A model generated the notes under the pieces. That model worked only from the letters and a program-made list of their open reading frames with translations, did no database searches and had not been told where the DNA came from. A program made the translations under genes and the position numbers. A stretch of 64,000 nt of DNA from an uncultured Planctomycetota bacterium (GTDB lineage: Bacteria > Planctomycetota > Planctomycetia > Isosphaerales > Isosphaeraceae): contig CAVTTN010000002.1 of assembly GCA_963737655.1 (NCBI GenBank), forward strand, positions 5,344,001 to 5,408,000, given 5' to 3'. Shown here piece by piece: positions 1 to 12,194 of the stretch (positions are counted from its first letter, which is position 1; every line of letters starts with the position of its first letter).

Positions 1-83
1 ACGATCCGTCCTCCGTGGCATCCACCATCGCGGGAACTCCGTCGGGATCGGGCGGGAGGCCGATGGCCGGAATGTAGCAAAAC

Positions 84-118
84 GCAGTGGGCAGTGGGCA
101 GTGGGCAGTGGGCCGTGG
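84..118. repeat. Tandem heptamer (GCAGTGG)x4 plus one GCCGTGG
   Basis: Read directly; the same unit recurs at 42861-42994 and 54753-54946. Confidence 0.9.
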
Positions 119-171
119 GGACTGCTATAGTCGCGACACCATCCCCGTCTCCTTCTCTCGGAGGCCCCCTC

Positions 172-1446
172 ATGAGCGATTCGATCGACCTGGACCGCCG
201 AGGATTCCTCGGCGCCTCGGCCCTGGCCGGGCTCTCGGCGATCTCGGCGCCGCGATCGGCCTTGCAAACCGTGACCGTCGGCATCATGGGCACCGGGGGC
301 CGGGGGATGGAGCATGCGGCGCAGTTCGCCGCGATCCCCAACGTCGAGGTGGCGTACGTCTGCGACGTCGATTCGAGGAGGACCGCCCAGGCGGCCGAGG
401 CCATCACCAAGGCCGGCGCGAAGGCCCCCAGGGGCGTGACCGACTTCCGCAAGATCCTCGATGACAAGTCCGTCGACGCCCTGGTCGTGGCCACCTGCAA
501 CCACTGGCACGCCCCGGCGGCGATCCTCGCGTGCGTCGCGGGCAAGCATGTTTACGTGGAAAAACCGTGCAGCCACAACCCCCGGGAGGGCGAGGTCCTC
601 GTGGCGGCGGCGAGGAAGCATGACCGCGTCGTCCAGATGGGCAACCAGCGGAGGAGCTGGCCCATGATGAAGGAGGCCATCGAGAAGGTCCGCAACGGCG
701 CCATCGGCCGGGCCTACTACGCCCGGTGCGGCTACTACAACTCCCGAGGTTCGATCGGCCTCGGCAAGGAAGTGCCGGTGCCGACCTGGCTGGACTTCGA
801 CCTCTGGCAGGGCCCGGCGCCGAGGCAGCCGTATCGGGACAACATCCTCCACTACAACTGGCACTGGTTCTGGGACTGGGGCAACGGCGAGCTCGGCAAC
901 AACGGCGTCCATTCGCTGGACGTCTGCCGATGGGGCCTGGGCGTCGATTTCCCGGTGAAGGTCTCCAGCGGAGGGGGCCGGTATCGCTACCGGGACGACC
1001 AGCAGACGCCCGACACCCACAACGTCCTCTTCGAGTTCGACGACCGCAAATCGATCGCGTGGGAGGGCCTCAGTTGCAGCCCGGAGAGGCCGGGGCTCTC
1101 CGTCTTCGAATCGGTCTTCCACGGCGAAGACGGCGTGCTCGCCCTGGCCGATCGCGGCTACACGATTTTTGACAAGAAAGGCAAGCCGGTCGAGACGTTC
1201 AAGGGCCGGGGCGGAGACGCCGAGCACCGCGCCAACTTCCTGGCGGCGATCCGGGGTGAGGCGAAGGCCAACAGCGAGATCCTCGAGGGCCACAAGTCCA
1301 CCCTGCTCTGCCATTTAGGCAACATCGCCCAGAGGACCGGCCACACCCTGGCCTGCGACCCGAAGGACGGCCACATCCTCGACGACCCCAAGGCCCAGGC
1401 CCTGTGGACGAGGGAATACGCCAAGGGCTGGGAAGTCGAAGCGTAG
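172..1446 (+). CDS. Gfo/Idh/MocA family oxidoreductase with Tat-like signal
   Basis: DRRGFL twin-Arg motif, GIMGTGGRG, ATCNHWH, YVEKP, QMGNQRRS; ATG 172 follows GGAGG. Confidence 0.9.
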   Translation: MSDSIDLDRRGFLGASALAGLSAISAPRSALQTVTVGIMGTGGRGMEHAAQFAAIPNVEVAYVCDVDSRRTAQAAEAITKAGAKAPRGVTDFRKILDDKSVDALVVATCNHWHAPAAILACVAGKHVYVEKPCSHNPREGEVLVAAARKHDRVVQMGNQRRSWPMMKEAIEKVRNGAIGRAYYARCGYYNSRGSIGLGKEVPVPTWLDFDLWQGPAPRQPYRDNILHYNWHWFWDWGNGELGNNGVHSLDVCRWGLGVDFPVKVSSGGGRYRYRDDQQTPDTHNVLFEFDDRKSIAWEGLSCSPERPGLSVFESVFHGEDGVLALADRGYTIFDKKGKPVETFKGRGGDAEHRANFLAAIRGEAKANSEILEGHKSTLLCHLGNIAQRTGHTLACDPKDGHILDDPKAQALWTREYAKGWEVEA

Positions 1447-1583
1447 GGTGCATGAAATGCACCGACCACGCGGCCGAAGGCCGCCCGCCATCCCCTCTTC
1501 GATTGGCTTCGTTTCGGAAGCGAGAGAGGATGAGGCAGGCGGCCTCCGGCCGTCGCATCGTTGGTGCAATTCATGCACCCGAC
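1443..1583. repeat. REPIN-like element, family A (GTAGGGTGCATGAAATGCACC ... GGTGCAATTCATGCACCCGAC)
   Basis: GTAG plus hairpin GGTGCAT-GAA-ATGCACC in inverted pair; spacer also self-complementary. Confidence 0.85.
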
Positions 1584-1593
1584 TTGATGGGCA

Positions 1594-4504
1594 TCACGAT
1601 CTTCTTGTCGGCGCAATCCTTGAGCAGGGCCTGGGCCTCGTCGGTCTTGCCGGAGAGGACCAGGGCCCAGTACGAATCCAGGGCGATGGGGGGCTCTTCG
1701 GGTTGAGCCTGCGGTCGATCTCCCGGCCGATCCGCGAGTCTTCCCGGGCCAGGGAGGCCCGGGCGGCGTCGGTCGGGGGATCGCCGGCGAGGAGGACGAT
1801 CCAGGCCCAGGGGCTCAGGCCGTCGGGGGTCTTGCCGGCCGCCTCGGTCAGGAGGGACCGGGCCCGGCGGACGTCCGGCTCGTCCTTCGCCCTGTCTCGG
1901 AGAGGCCCGGGCTGGGAGAGGGCCACGGCCAGGAGCCTCGACCGGTCCACCGTCTTGCCCGAGCCCGCGACCAGCTCGGCGTAGGCCGGCTCTCGGGCCT
2001 CCAGGGCCTTGCTCGCCCGGAATGTCAGGGCGCGGACCAGCGCGTACCGGGAGGCCACGGAGGGGGACTCGGCGAACGCGCGCTCGGCCAGGGTGACCAC
2101 GGCGTCGGGATCGACCGGAAGGCCGAGGAAGTCGGCGTTGATCTTCGCCTGGACGAGCTCGACGGCCGCCACCGCCCGGGTGACCGCTCCCGGGTGACCC
2201 TTGACCCGATCGAAGGTCGCCCCGGCCCGCGATTCGGAGGCCTTGGCCTGGGTCTTCAGCTCCTCGGCGTTCTTGCCCGAGAGGAAGTCGGCGAGCTGGG
2301 CCTCCTGTTCGGCCAGGTCGAGCTCGACCCCGGCCAGGCGGTCGGCCAGCGCCTTCAATGCGGGGACGTCGCGGAGGAACTCGTCGATCTCCGCGGCCTG
2401 CTCGTAGGAGTGGGACCGTCGAGGGGCCAGGAGCATGGCGCGGTCGAGCAGGGCCCGGGCCCGGACGATCCCCGGATTGGTCTTCACGGCTTCCCTGAGG
2501 GGCATCCAGCCCGCCTCGTCGTCGGAGAGGTAGCCGAGGAGCTCGAAGCCGGGGCGGTCCTTCAGCACCTTCAGGTCGATCCGATCGCCGATGACTTCCG
2601 CCAGGGACGCCCAGAGGAGCTGCGCCGCCGCGTTGCCCACCAGCAGGCTGTTCTTGGCTCGAGGGCGATGGCCCGATCCATCTTCTGGCGGCCGAGCTCG
2701 AAGTCGGCCTTCTGGCCGGTCAGGCGGAACAGCTCGAAGCAGACCAGGGCCGCGTTGTTCAGGGTGCCCACCCCCTCGGGCGCCCGGTCGTAGTCGGCCA
2801 CGCATTCGCGGAACCGGGAGATGGCCTCGTCGTCCCGGCCGTCGCGGAGGGCCTGGCGGCCCAGGGCCTCGGTCAGATGGACCTTGACCTCGGCCCGGTT
2901 CGGGTCGCCCTTGCGATACCAGGCGATCTGCTCGTCGAGGTCGCGGGTCAGGATCGCGCGGGCCATCGCCGCGGCGCTCTTCTCCTCGGGCTTGTTGGCC
3001 TTGTTGAACGCCTCCTCGGCCAGGGCCTTGGCCTCGGTCTCGCTGCCGACCTCCCGGAGCAGGGTCGAGACCGACATTAGCGACGGGAAGCTCCGCCCCT
3101 TGGACTCCAGGACCTCGTCGAACAGCGTCTTGCCCTCGGCCGGCTTGCCCAGCCAGTAATCGACCTGGCCGAGGCTCAGCCGCAGGGCGTCGGACTCGCC
3201 GGCCACGCCCTGGACCCCCCGGAACATGGCCTCGGACTCCTCCAACGCCTTGCGGCGGGCCGCCGGGTCGGTCGTCCCCCGGGCTTTTTCCAGGAGGATC
3301 ATCCCGAGGTCCAGCGCGACCGGGACGACCTTCGCCTGGCGGCCCAGCTCCTCCACGGCCGAGGCCACCCCCGGGTCGGCCTTCAGACGGGTCTCGGCGA
3401 ACTCCCGGACCATCCGGTTCTTCTCGGCGTCGGTCGCGGCGTTGAAGGCGGCATAGTTGAACCCCGGGGCCATCCCGGTGGTGAGCTCCTGCCGGAGCCG
3501 ATCCTGGGCCGCCTTCTCGGCGTTTTCCAGCGCTTTCTGGGCGGCCTGGAGCCGGGGCAGCCTCGCCTCCGCATAGGGCCGGAGCATCTCCAGGGCGCCG
3601 TCGGTGTCCCCGTCCTTCAGGAAGATCTGGCCGAGGACCCGCGCCGCCTCGCTCGGGCCGAGCCGCCCGCGGAAGGGCATCAGCAGGGCCCGGCCCGGGC
3701 CGAATTCCCCTCGTCGGCCTCCATCTCGGCCAGGGCCGAGGTGAGCTCGGGGTTCTTCGGGTCCTGTGCCACCACCTTCTCCAGGAGACCCCGCTTGGCC
3801 CGGCTCAGGACGTCGCGATCCCCCGGCATGGTCCCCACGACTTCCAAAAGCGCCAGGGCCCCCTTGGGATCGGTCGCCGCCTGGCGATCGGCCAGCGCCA
3901 GGCCCTTCTGGAACAGCTCCGGGGCCGGGATCGTGATGCGGCCAAACTTCTGGACGTCCAGGATCGTGCGGAACGCCTTCGCCGACTCCTCGGCCGGCGC
4001 CGAGGCCATCGGGCCTTCGAGCAGGCCCTTGAGCTTCCCCGCGGCGTCGGATGCCTTCTCGCTCGACCCGATCGCGACCTCTCGGTACAGGTTCGCCGCT
4101 TTCCCGATCTGCCCGGCCTTCGCCAGGGTGTCCGCCTCGTCGAGCTTCTGGCCGGCGACGTAGTCCGGCGACTTCGTGTGCGAGTCCCAGGCCGAGACCC
4201 CGCCCAGGATCACCGCCCCCAGCAGGATCAGCAGGCCCCACGCCTTGGCGAACGCCGACAGCGGCTCCTTGCCCAGGAAATACCAGCCCCCGCCCGGGGC
4301 CTTCGCCACCCGATACGCCCCGATCGCCAGGATCGGGACGAACACGATGCAGAGGCAGTGCGTCTTGACGAACGTCCCGGTCTCGGGGTCGTGGTCCCGC
4401 CCGCCGTACATCCCCAGGCCACACCCGTTGACCCGGATCAGCCAGGGAGCCGACCGGATCGGCCGGAGGTTCGGGAACTTCGGCTCCTCCTCGTTCATCG
4501 CCAT
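1594..4504 (-). CDS. Membrane-anchored TPR-like helical repeat protein, split by two frameshifts (~3690, ~2655)
   Basis: ORFs 3680-4504, 2571-4553 and 1594-2805 join into one protein; N-terminal NGCG motif and two hydrophobic segments, then helical repeats. Confidence 0.7.
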
Positions 4505-4660
4505 GACGGCCTCCGCTCCGCTCCACCCCGTCCGCTCGACCGACCCGGAACACCTCCCCGGGATCTCGGCGGACTATCTTGATGGATGTGCGCGGCCGTT
4601 TCCAGGGTTCATCGAAAGATCATCGATTGCGGGGGAGGGACCGAAACGCATTGCATCCTC

Positions 4661-4721
4661 GTAGGGCAGGCCTCGGCCTGCCGTCCCCAGCAGGGCCCCG
4701 GCAGGCCGAGGCCTGCCCTAC
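4661..4721. repeat. REPIN-like element, family B (GTAGGGCAGGCCTCGGCCTGCC pair)
   Basis: Perfect 22-bp inverted pair; near-identical copy at 29607-29663. Confidence 0.85.
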
Positions 4722-4735
4722 GAGGGGATTCGCGA

Positions 4736-6052
4736 TCAGGTCAGGTCGTTCAGAGGCCCGGCCCCGCAGAAATTCGGGTTGCCGAACTTCTCGATCCGGT
4801 GATCCATCCCGTGGGCCAGGGCCAGGAGGAGCCGGTTGTGCGGCACCTTCCGGTACTTCAGCGACCGGCCCATTTTGAAGTCCATCCCGTTGCCCACGAG
4901 CACCCAGGGGATGTCGTCCAGGGTGTGCGAGTTCCCCTTGCCCAGCTCGTTGGTCCAGACGATCAGCGTGTTGTCCAGGAGCGACCCGCCGCCGCCGGGC
5001 TCGGGCGTCTCGGCCAGCCTGCCGGCGAGGTAGGCCAGCTGCTCGGCGTACCAGTGGTTGATCTTCGTGAGCTTCTCGACGGCGCCCTTGTCGCTGTCCG
5101 GCTTGTGGGAAAGCTCGTGGTGCCCCTCGGTGATCCCCAGCCACTTCATCCGGGCATCGCCGACCGAGTTGGTGTACTGAAGAGTCGCGATCCGGGCGAA
5201 ATCGTTCGCGAAGCTGTTCACCATCAGGTCGATCTGCATCTTCGAGAGCTTGGGCAGGTTCTCCGATTGCTCCTTCACGCCCGGTTCGAGCTCGGGGACG
5301 GCGTGGCCGATCTCGTCCCTGGAGCTTCGGAGCTCCTCCTCCATCTCCCGGACGAACGTGGCGTGCTCCTCCAGGAGCTTCCGATCCTCCACGCTGACCT
5401 GGCTTTCCACCTTCTTCAGGTCGTCGCGAACGTCGTCCAGGATGCTCTTGAGGCTCTCCTGGTCCTTCATTCGACCATAAAGCTTGGCGAACATCTGGTA
5501 CGGGTCGTCGATCGGGGCGATCGGCTTGTTCGGGCCGGCGTAGACCATCCGGGTCCAGGTGTCGGCGCGGTCGGGGACCATCACGCCGAATTCCAGGGAG
5601 CCGAACCGGGTCCGGGTCTCGGCCTTCTTCTGGTAGGCGTTGCGGATCTCCTGGTCGATCGAGATCCCGCTGGACCAGCCGGCCGGGGTGTCCGAACCGC
5701 CCTGGATGTTGCCGGGATAGAGCTCGGTGCCGGTGAGGAGGCAGCCGATGCCCCTCATGTGGTTGTCGCCGTCGCCCCGGACCTTGTCGCAGACGCCGTG
5801 GAGCGTGAGCATCCGGCCCTGGAACGGCTCCAGGGGCTTGAGGCTCTCCTTCAGGGCGAAGTTCGCCCCGACTTCCGACGGCCAGAAGGCCTCGGGCACG
5901 ACGCCGTTGGGGCTGAACATGACCACCAGCCGCTTCTTCCTCGCCTGGGTGTTGGCGAAGCCGAGGCTCGGCAGGTTCAGGAGGAACGGCACGGCGGCCG
6001 CGCCGATGCCCAGGTCGCGGAAGAACTCGCGGCGGGAGGGGGTCCGGGGCAT
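4736..6052 (-). CDS. DUF1552 family protein (Tat signal)
   Basis: [37 protein letters not shown] motifs; adjacent to DUF1592 gene. Confidence 0.85.
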   Translation of the reverse strand: MPRTPSRREFFRDLGIGAAAVPFLLNLPSLGFANTQARKKRLVVMFSPNGVVPEAFWPSEVGANFALKESLKPLEPFQGRMLTLHGVCDKVRGDGDNHMRGIGCLLTGTELYPGNIQGGSDTPAGWSSGISIDQEIRNAYQKKAETRTRFGSLEFGVMVPDRADTWTRMVYAGPNKPIAPIDDPYQMFAKLYGRMKDQESLKSILDDVRDDLKKVESQVSVEDRKLLEEHATFVREMEEELRSSRDEIGHAVPELEPGVKEQSENLPKLSKMQIDLMVNSFANDFARIATLQYTNSVGDARMKWLGITEGHHELSHKPDSDKGAVEKLTKINHWYAEQLAYLAGRLAETPEPGGGGSLLDNTLIVWTNELGKGNSHTLDDIPWVLVGNGMDFKMGRSLKYRKVPHNRLLLALAHGMDHRIEKFGNPNFCGAGPLNDLT

Positions 6053-6053
6053 C

Positions 6054-8432
6054 TTATCGCTCCGAGGGAGAGGTTCGGATCGTCTGGGCCGGCAAGTAGT
6101 TCGGGAGGGCCGCGCGACTCGGCGGCGGCTTCGGTTTCGCCAGGGCGGCGGTCGCCACGATCTCGACCATCAAATCCCGGACCCGGAAGCCGTCCTCGAC
6201 GAACTTCCGCCGGATCTCGGCCGAGGCCCTCGGCCCATACGCCCGGATCGGCTGCTTGACCATGTGATGAAAAAGCTGTTCCACGAACGCCTTGTGCACT
6301 TCCTCGCTGTCGGTCAGGAGGCTCGCGAGCTCCCTCGCCCCATGGTAAGGCAGGACCTCGCCCCCCGGCGTTTCATACGAGCCCGAGGCGTCGATCGGCT
6401 TGCCTTTTTCCTCGGATCGGTATCGGCCCACGGCGTCGAAGTGCTCCAGGCCGAACCCCAGCGGGTTGATCATCCCATGACAGGTCACGCAGGCCGAGGG
6501 GCTGGTCTGGAGGGCCACCCGCTCCCGGGTCGTCAAGCCGGCGTGGAGGTCCGGGGCCAACGGGGCGACCGCCTCGGGCGGAGGCCGGAGCGACCGGCCC
6601 AGGACGCTCCTCGACAGGAACACCCCCCGGTGGATGGGCGAGCTGGTCGCCGTGTACGCAAACGTGGACAGCAAATAAGGATGCGTCAAGACGCCCGCCC
6701 GGTCCTTCGGCTCCAGGGGCACGTTCATGAACGGGGCGTCGGGCATCATCTCGACCCCGTAAAGCTTCGCCAGCCGACCGTTGAGCGGCACCGAATCGGC
6801 CAGGAACAGCTCGCGGAAGTCGCCGGGGCCGTCCCAGAGCACCTGCTTCAGGAAGATTTCCAGGGACGCCCGGAGGTCCGAGGCGGTCTCCGCGTCGAAC
6901 TCGGGGAATTTCTCGGGATCTTTCGCGAGGTCCGGGAACCCCTCGACCCGCAACCACTGGAGGAAGAAGGCGTCCAGCTTCGCCCAGGTCCGCAGGTCGT
7001 CCCTCATCCTCCGGGCCTGCTCGACCACCGCTTCGCGGGTCGCGAGCTTGCCGGATCTTGCGGCGTCCCAGAGGGTTGCGTCGGGAATCGAGTCCCACAG
7101 GCCGAACGAGAGCCGGGAGGCGACGGCGAAGCTGTCGGGCGGCCCTCCGGTCTCGGCGTAGAGGAACCTCGGCGACTTCAGGACGAGCAGGACGACTCGT
7201 TTCAGGGCGAGATCCAGGTCGGGCGTGGCCTCGAACGGGCGATCGACGTAAACCTTTTTGAGATCGTCGGTTAACGGACGACGAAACGCCCGTTCGGCGA
7301 ACGTCCGGGCGAAGTCGCGGAGCCGATCCTTGCGGTCGGGGGCGTCCTCGCGGACCCCGGAGAGCTCGCGGAGGTGGGCCTGGACATAGCCGGCGACCTC
7401 GATCGCCGCATCCGTGGTGGCGGAGTCCCACGCCTTCGAGATCGTCGTCCCCCGCTCGTAGCCGACACTGCGGTCGTCGGGCGGGAACGGGGTTTCGAGG
7501 ACGAACGACTCGGGCGCCGAACTCGGGGACAGGAAACGACCTGGGATCGGCTCCAGAACCCGGTGGGGCGGCTTCCATTCGAGGGCGACCGACGCCTGGA
7601 CCGGCTTCCGCTTCGCCTTGGCCTCCTTCGAGTCGTTCACCCCCTGCTTCGCCTTGGAGAATTCCAGGCGGATCGGGTATGCCCGGCCTCCGAGCAGGGT
7701 GATCGTCCCGCGATGCTCGGTGTCGTGGCCCGATTTGACGAAGGCGTCGATCAGCGGCGTCTTGTTGTCGTTCACCCAAAGCCTGGCGGAATGGTCGGTT
7801 CGGACGACGAACTCATATTCGCCCGAGTCGGGGGCGAGGACCGAGCCGTCCCAGCGGATCGAGAACTCCAGCGCGTCGAACTTCTCCGAGCCGGGGTCCG
7901 GCCCGACCTCGCCAAAGTCAAACAGGACCTGGGGATCGGTCCGTTCGATCAGGCGTTCGTTGTTGCGTTGCTGGCGGGCGCGGAAATACTGGCCGTGGAG
8001 GCCGTGGGTGTCGCCCCATTTTGAGGCAGGGCCGCGGAAACTGCCCAGCAAGTCGGCAACGGCGTTGCGGTACTGGCGGACCGTCAGGCGGGACAGCTCG
8101 ACTCGGGGAGGCGCGTTCTTCGCCTGGGCGGCCGGGGAGTAAAACGCGTCGTAGATGAACGAAGCGACCCGATCGGCGTCCTCGCCGGTGCAGGTGCCCG
8201 GGTCGTCGGAGGGCATCGTCCTGGCGATCAGGCGGGCGAGCTGCGGGACGGTCCGATCGCCGGCCAGGGCCCGGGGGTAGTCCTCGGACCCCTCGCCCGA
8301 GGCCCCGTGGCACGAGGCGCATTTCGTTTGATAGATCTTCGAGCCGGGATCGCCGGCCGTCGCGGTCGAGGCGATCGCCAGGGCCAGCCCGAGCGGGCCG
8401 AATCGGAGGATCTGGTGAAAACGGTTCACCAT
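6054..8432 (-). CDS. Cytochrome c + PA14 + DUF1592/DUF1588-type protein
   Basis: CASCH and CVTCH heme motifs, [13 protein letters not shown]14-like [23 protein letters not shown]-like, SPIHRG. Confidence 0.85.
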   Translation of the reverse strand: MVNRFHQILRFGPLGLALAIASTATAGDPGSKIYQTKCASCHGASGEGSEDYPRALAGDRTVPQLARLIARTMPSDDPGTCTGEDADRVASFIYDAFYSPAAQAKNAPPRVELSRLTVRQYRNAVADLLGSFRGPASKWGDTHGLHGQYFRARQQRNNERLIERTDPQVLFDFGEVGPDPGSEKFDALEFSIRWDGSVLAPDSGEYEFVVRTDHSARLWVNDNKTPLIDAFVKSGHDTEHRGTITLLGGRAYPIRLEFSKAKQGVNDSKEAKAKRKPVQASVALEWKPPHRVLEPIPGRFLSPSSAPESFVLETPFPPDDRSVGYERGTTISKAWDSATTDAAIEVAGYVQAHLRELSGVREDAPDRKDRLRDFARTFAERAFRRPLTDDLKKVYVDRPFEATPDLDLALKRVVLLVLKSPRFLYAETGGPPDSFAVASRLSFGLWDSIPDATLWDAARSGKLATREAVVEQARRMRDDLRTWAKLDAFFLQWLRVEGFPDLAKDPEKFPEFDAETASDLRASLEIFLKQVLWDGPGDFRELFLADSVPLNGRLAKLYGVEMMPDAPFMNVPLEPKDRAGVLTHPYLLSTFAYTATSSPIHRGVFLSRSVLGRSLRPPPEAVAPLAPDLHAGLTTRERVALQTSPSACVTCHGMINPLGFGLEHFDAVGRYRSEEKGKPIDASGSYETPGGEVLPYHGARELASLLTDSEEVHKAFVEQLFHHMVKQPIRAYGPRASAEIRRKFVEDGFRVRDLMVEIVATAALAKPKPPPSRAALPNYLPAQTIRTSPSER

Positions 8433-8762
8433 GAGGGAGTTCGGTTCCCTGAGAGGGTGTCGGGCGGGGCCGTCCGGCGACGGCGAGCGGGGCGGGAGGC
8501 GGAACCGCGGAAGGATCAACCGGAATCTCAAGAGAGCGCCATCCGATCGCCGACCGCCCCGGCCATCGGCGGGGTTTGTGCAATTGTTGTACCTTGTCCC
8601 GCCGGGCGAGGCAAGGGGGCGCCGACCCGGGGCGGTCACGGGGGCGGAAAATGGTGGCCGCCAGGGCCGTTGGTGACGGCCGGGCTCGAGGGAACTCGAT
8701 TGTCCTGGGGAGAGCCCGTCAGCGGACCCGTCTTGTGGGATGGTTGGGCTTCTTGCTAGGTT

Positions 8763-8778
8763 TGGAATAGCGATTGCA
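8763..8778 (+). promoter_or_regulatory. Putative sigma54 -24/-12 promoter upstream of dabA
   Basis: TGGAATAGCGATTGCA has GG-N10-GC spacing and TTGCA. Confidence 0.5.
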
Positions 8779-9011
8779 CCACGGTCCGAGAATGGTGAGG
8801 ACTTCGGCCGCGCCTCGGGCCGTGCTCGCGAGAGCGTCTCTCCTCGAAGCAAAACGAAGCGAAGCGATTCCGAGACGAAGCGGCCGGATTGGCCGGCCGA
8901 ACCTGCCCCTCTCTCCGTCCCCCCCGGAGAACCTCGCGGGCCGCGATCCCGGTCCCGCTCGCCTTGCCTTTTCGTGCTCTCCCCGGGCCATTCGCGAGAC
9001 GATTGCCAGAG

Positions 9012-12000
9012 ATGCACGCCCCCACCACCGCCCCATCGCCGGTCGTGCCCGACCTCGAAGACCGATCGGCCCGCCTTCCTCGGCTGAAGGCGACGATCGA
9101 GCATGCCTCGCACCTCCTGCCGGCCCAGGGGCCGATCACCGTCTTCATCCACCACAACACGCTCCACGCCTTCGAGGACCTGCCGTTCCACGAGGCCGTG
9201 AAGCGAGGGGCGCAGGTCTTCGGGTGCCATCCGTATCTGTCCGAAGACCGCTACCGCGAAGAGCTTCGGAAGGGCCGAATCCGGTTCTCCGAGCTCCAGG
9301 ACGTTTTGGAGGAAGACCTCGGCGACCGGGCGACGGAGCCGGTCCCCTGTTTCGGGACGCTCCGCGACCTTCGCCTGACGATGCTCCAGTACCCGTTGCG
9401 GACCGGCCCGACCGAGGAGCTGACCTGGTACGTGGCCGAGGCCAACGCCCTGAGGAGGGTCCGTCAGGAGGCGAGCTCGGCGATCCGGGGCGCTTGATCG
9501 CCGAGACCCGCCGCTGGGTCTTCCGCGACCTCCGGGGAGGCGGCGACCCGGGTTCCAACGGCTCGGCCAGGGCCGTCCTGAATGGCTCGACCCGCGGGAA
9601 GACGCCTCGCCGGGCCTCGGAGAGCCTCGGCCGGCTCCTGGATCGGTTCGGCGAATCGACGATGGAATCCTGGACCGACGACGACTGGGAACGGTTCACG
9701 CTCCAGGCCCTCTGGCGGGTCTGCTGCGACGGGGTCCGCGACCTCCCGCCGTTCACCGTCCCGCCGGTCATGGCGATCCGCCACCGGGACCTGCTCCTGG
9801 AAGCGACCGGGGACGACTCCGATACGCCGGTCCATGACCTCCTGATCCGGTTCTGCGCGGCGTTCCTGGATCAGGGCTTCGCCCCCTGGCAGTTGCCCCG
9901 GAGGGACGAGGGGTTCTTCACCGCGTTCCTCGCGCTCTACGGCCAGCCGAACGGCCCGCCCGATCGCTGGATGCGAGGGCTGGACAAGGTATTGCGCCGG
10001 CTGGAGGCCGAACGCGTCGGCCCCCTGGAATCGATCCTCGAATCGCTCGAACAGCTCGGCGTGGCCGAGGCGGAATGGGAGGGCTATCTCTCCTCCACGT
10101 TCCTGGCGCTCCGGGGCTGGGGCGGGATGCTCGCCCAGATCGAGGCCCGAGGCGACCGCGTGGCCCATCCGGCCCCCCCGGGCACCGTGATCGAGTTCCT
10201 GGCCGTCCGCCTGATCCTCGACCGCTTCTCCCTGGCGTTCACGGCCCGGGAGTGCCTGGCGATCACCGAGCCGGTGGGCGCGTTCTGGAGGCTGGCCCGG
10301 GGGCGGATCGATCCCCACTGGCCGCCCAGCGTCGAGCAGAGGGCATTCCTGGTCTTCCAGCTCGCGCAGGTCCAGGGCCTCTCGCCGGACGTCCTCTACC
10401 GCCTCGGCCCGGAGGAGTGGGCGAGGCTCGTGGAGCAGATCGAGGCGTTCTCCGCCCTGGAGAGGCGGCGGGTCTTCCACCTGGCGTATGAGAGGCGGTT
10501 CTGCACCCAGTCCCTCGACGCCATCGGCCTCCACGCCAGGAAGACCCACGGCCGACCCGACGCGCCGAGCTTCCAGGTGTGTTGCTGCATCGACGACCGC
10601 GAGGAGTCATTCCGGAGGCACCTGGAGGAGATCGAGCCCTCGGTGGAGACGTTCGGCGCGGCGGGCTTCTACGCCGTGGCCATGTACTATCGAGGGGCCG
10701 GGGACGCGAACTTCGTCCCGCTCTGCCCGGTGGTGATCCGCCCGAATCACTGGGTGGCCGAGGAAGTCGGCGAGGAGGCCGGGAAGGCCCATCGCCGGAG
10801 GGCCCGGACGAGACGGGCCCTGGGTGCGGCGTCCCATCAGTTCCACGTCGGCAGCCGGTCGTTCGCGCTGGGGGCGATCCTGACGGGGACCGTGGGCGTC
10901 CTGGCGTCGATCCCTTTGGTCGCCCGGATCCTGTTTCCCCGGCTCACGGCGAAGGTCCGGGGGACGGTGGGCCGGTGGGTCGAGACCCCCCCGGCGACGA
11001 AGCTCCGGCTGGAGAGGGCCGAGGCCGAGCCGGGCGACGAGGGCGGCCACCTGGGCTTCTCGCTCGAGGAGATGACCCGGATCGGCGAGCGGTTCCTCCG
11101 CGACCTGGGGCTGACCTCCGGGTTCGCCCGGCTGATGGTCCTGATCGGCCACGGCTCGGACAGCCTGAACAACCCGCACAACTCGGCGTACAACTGCGGG
11201 GCGTGCGGAGGCTCGGCCGGCGGCCCGAACGCCCGGGCCCTGGCCCAGATCCTGAATGACCCGAGGGTCCGCTCCGGCCTGGCCTCCGGCGGCCTGACGA
11301 TCCCCGAGGCGACCGCGTTCGTGGGCAGCTATCACGACACCTGCGACGACTCGGTGGTCTTCTCCGACCTCGACCGGCTGCCGGCGACCCATCGGGACGA
11401 CTTCGCCCGGGCCCGGAAGGCGATCGACGAGACCTGCCGACGCAACGCCCACGAGAGGGCCCGGCGGTTCATGTCGGCGCCGCTGAACCTGTCGTATTCC
11501 GGGGCGTTGCAGCACGTCGAGGGGCGGTCGGAGGACCTGGCGCAGACCCGCCCCGAGCTCGGCCACGCCACCAATGCCATCACGATCGTCGGCCGGAGGG
11601 CCTGGACCCGCGGCCTCTTCCTCGATCGCCGGGCGTTCCTCACGTCCTACGACCCGACCCAGGACGACGCCTCCGGGACGATCCTCAAGGGCATCCTCCA
11701 GGCCGTCTTCCCGGTCTGTTCGGGGATCAACCTGGAATACTATTTCTCCCACGTCGACAACGTCGGCTTCGGCGCCGGGACGAAGCTGCCCCACAACCTG
11801 GCGGCGCTCCTGGGCGTGATGGACGGCGCGGCCAGCGACCTTCGGACCGGCCTGCCCTGGCAGATGGTCGAGATCCACGAGCCGGTGCGCTCGCTGTTCA
11901 TGATCGAGACGACGCCGGAGACCATGCGGGGAATCCTCGACGGCAACGCGATGATCGGCCGGCTGAGCCGCAACGGCTGGGTCCTCCTGACGGTGATCCA

Positions 12001-12148
12001 CCCGGAGACCCACGAGATCTTCGTGTTCGACGGCGGCGAGTTCCGCCCGTACCGGCCCCAGGCGTCGGTGCTGCCGACGGCGCCGTCGTCGGCGGACTGG
12101 TATCGAGGGTGGCGCGACCACCTGGAATTCGCCGAGATCGAGCCGTGA
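9012..12148 (+). CDS. dabA: DUF2309 / DabA-type inorganic carbon transporter subunit (one frameshift at ~9490)
   Basis: [17 protein letters not shown] start; CIDDREE, GHGS, NNPH, CGACGG zinc-ligand motifs; [17 protein letters not shown]. Confidence 0.88.
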
Positions 12149-12194
12149 GCCGCGATGGCCACGGCCCGGGGTCGAACCTCTGGGGAATGCGCTG

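Noticed and set aside
84..171. N-terminal GSGQWAV / LPTAHCP peptide repeats in ORF-track proteins (also 42862, 54756, 54784)
   Set aside because: These are translations of intergenic heptamer DNA; real starts lie downstream with SD sequences.
9480..9497. Programmed frameshift or split dabA
   Set aside because: No slippery heptamer; same G-run deletion pattern as in unrelated genes.
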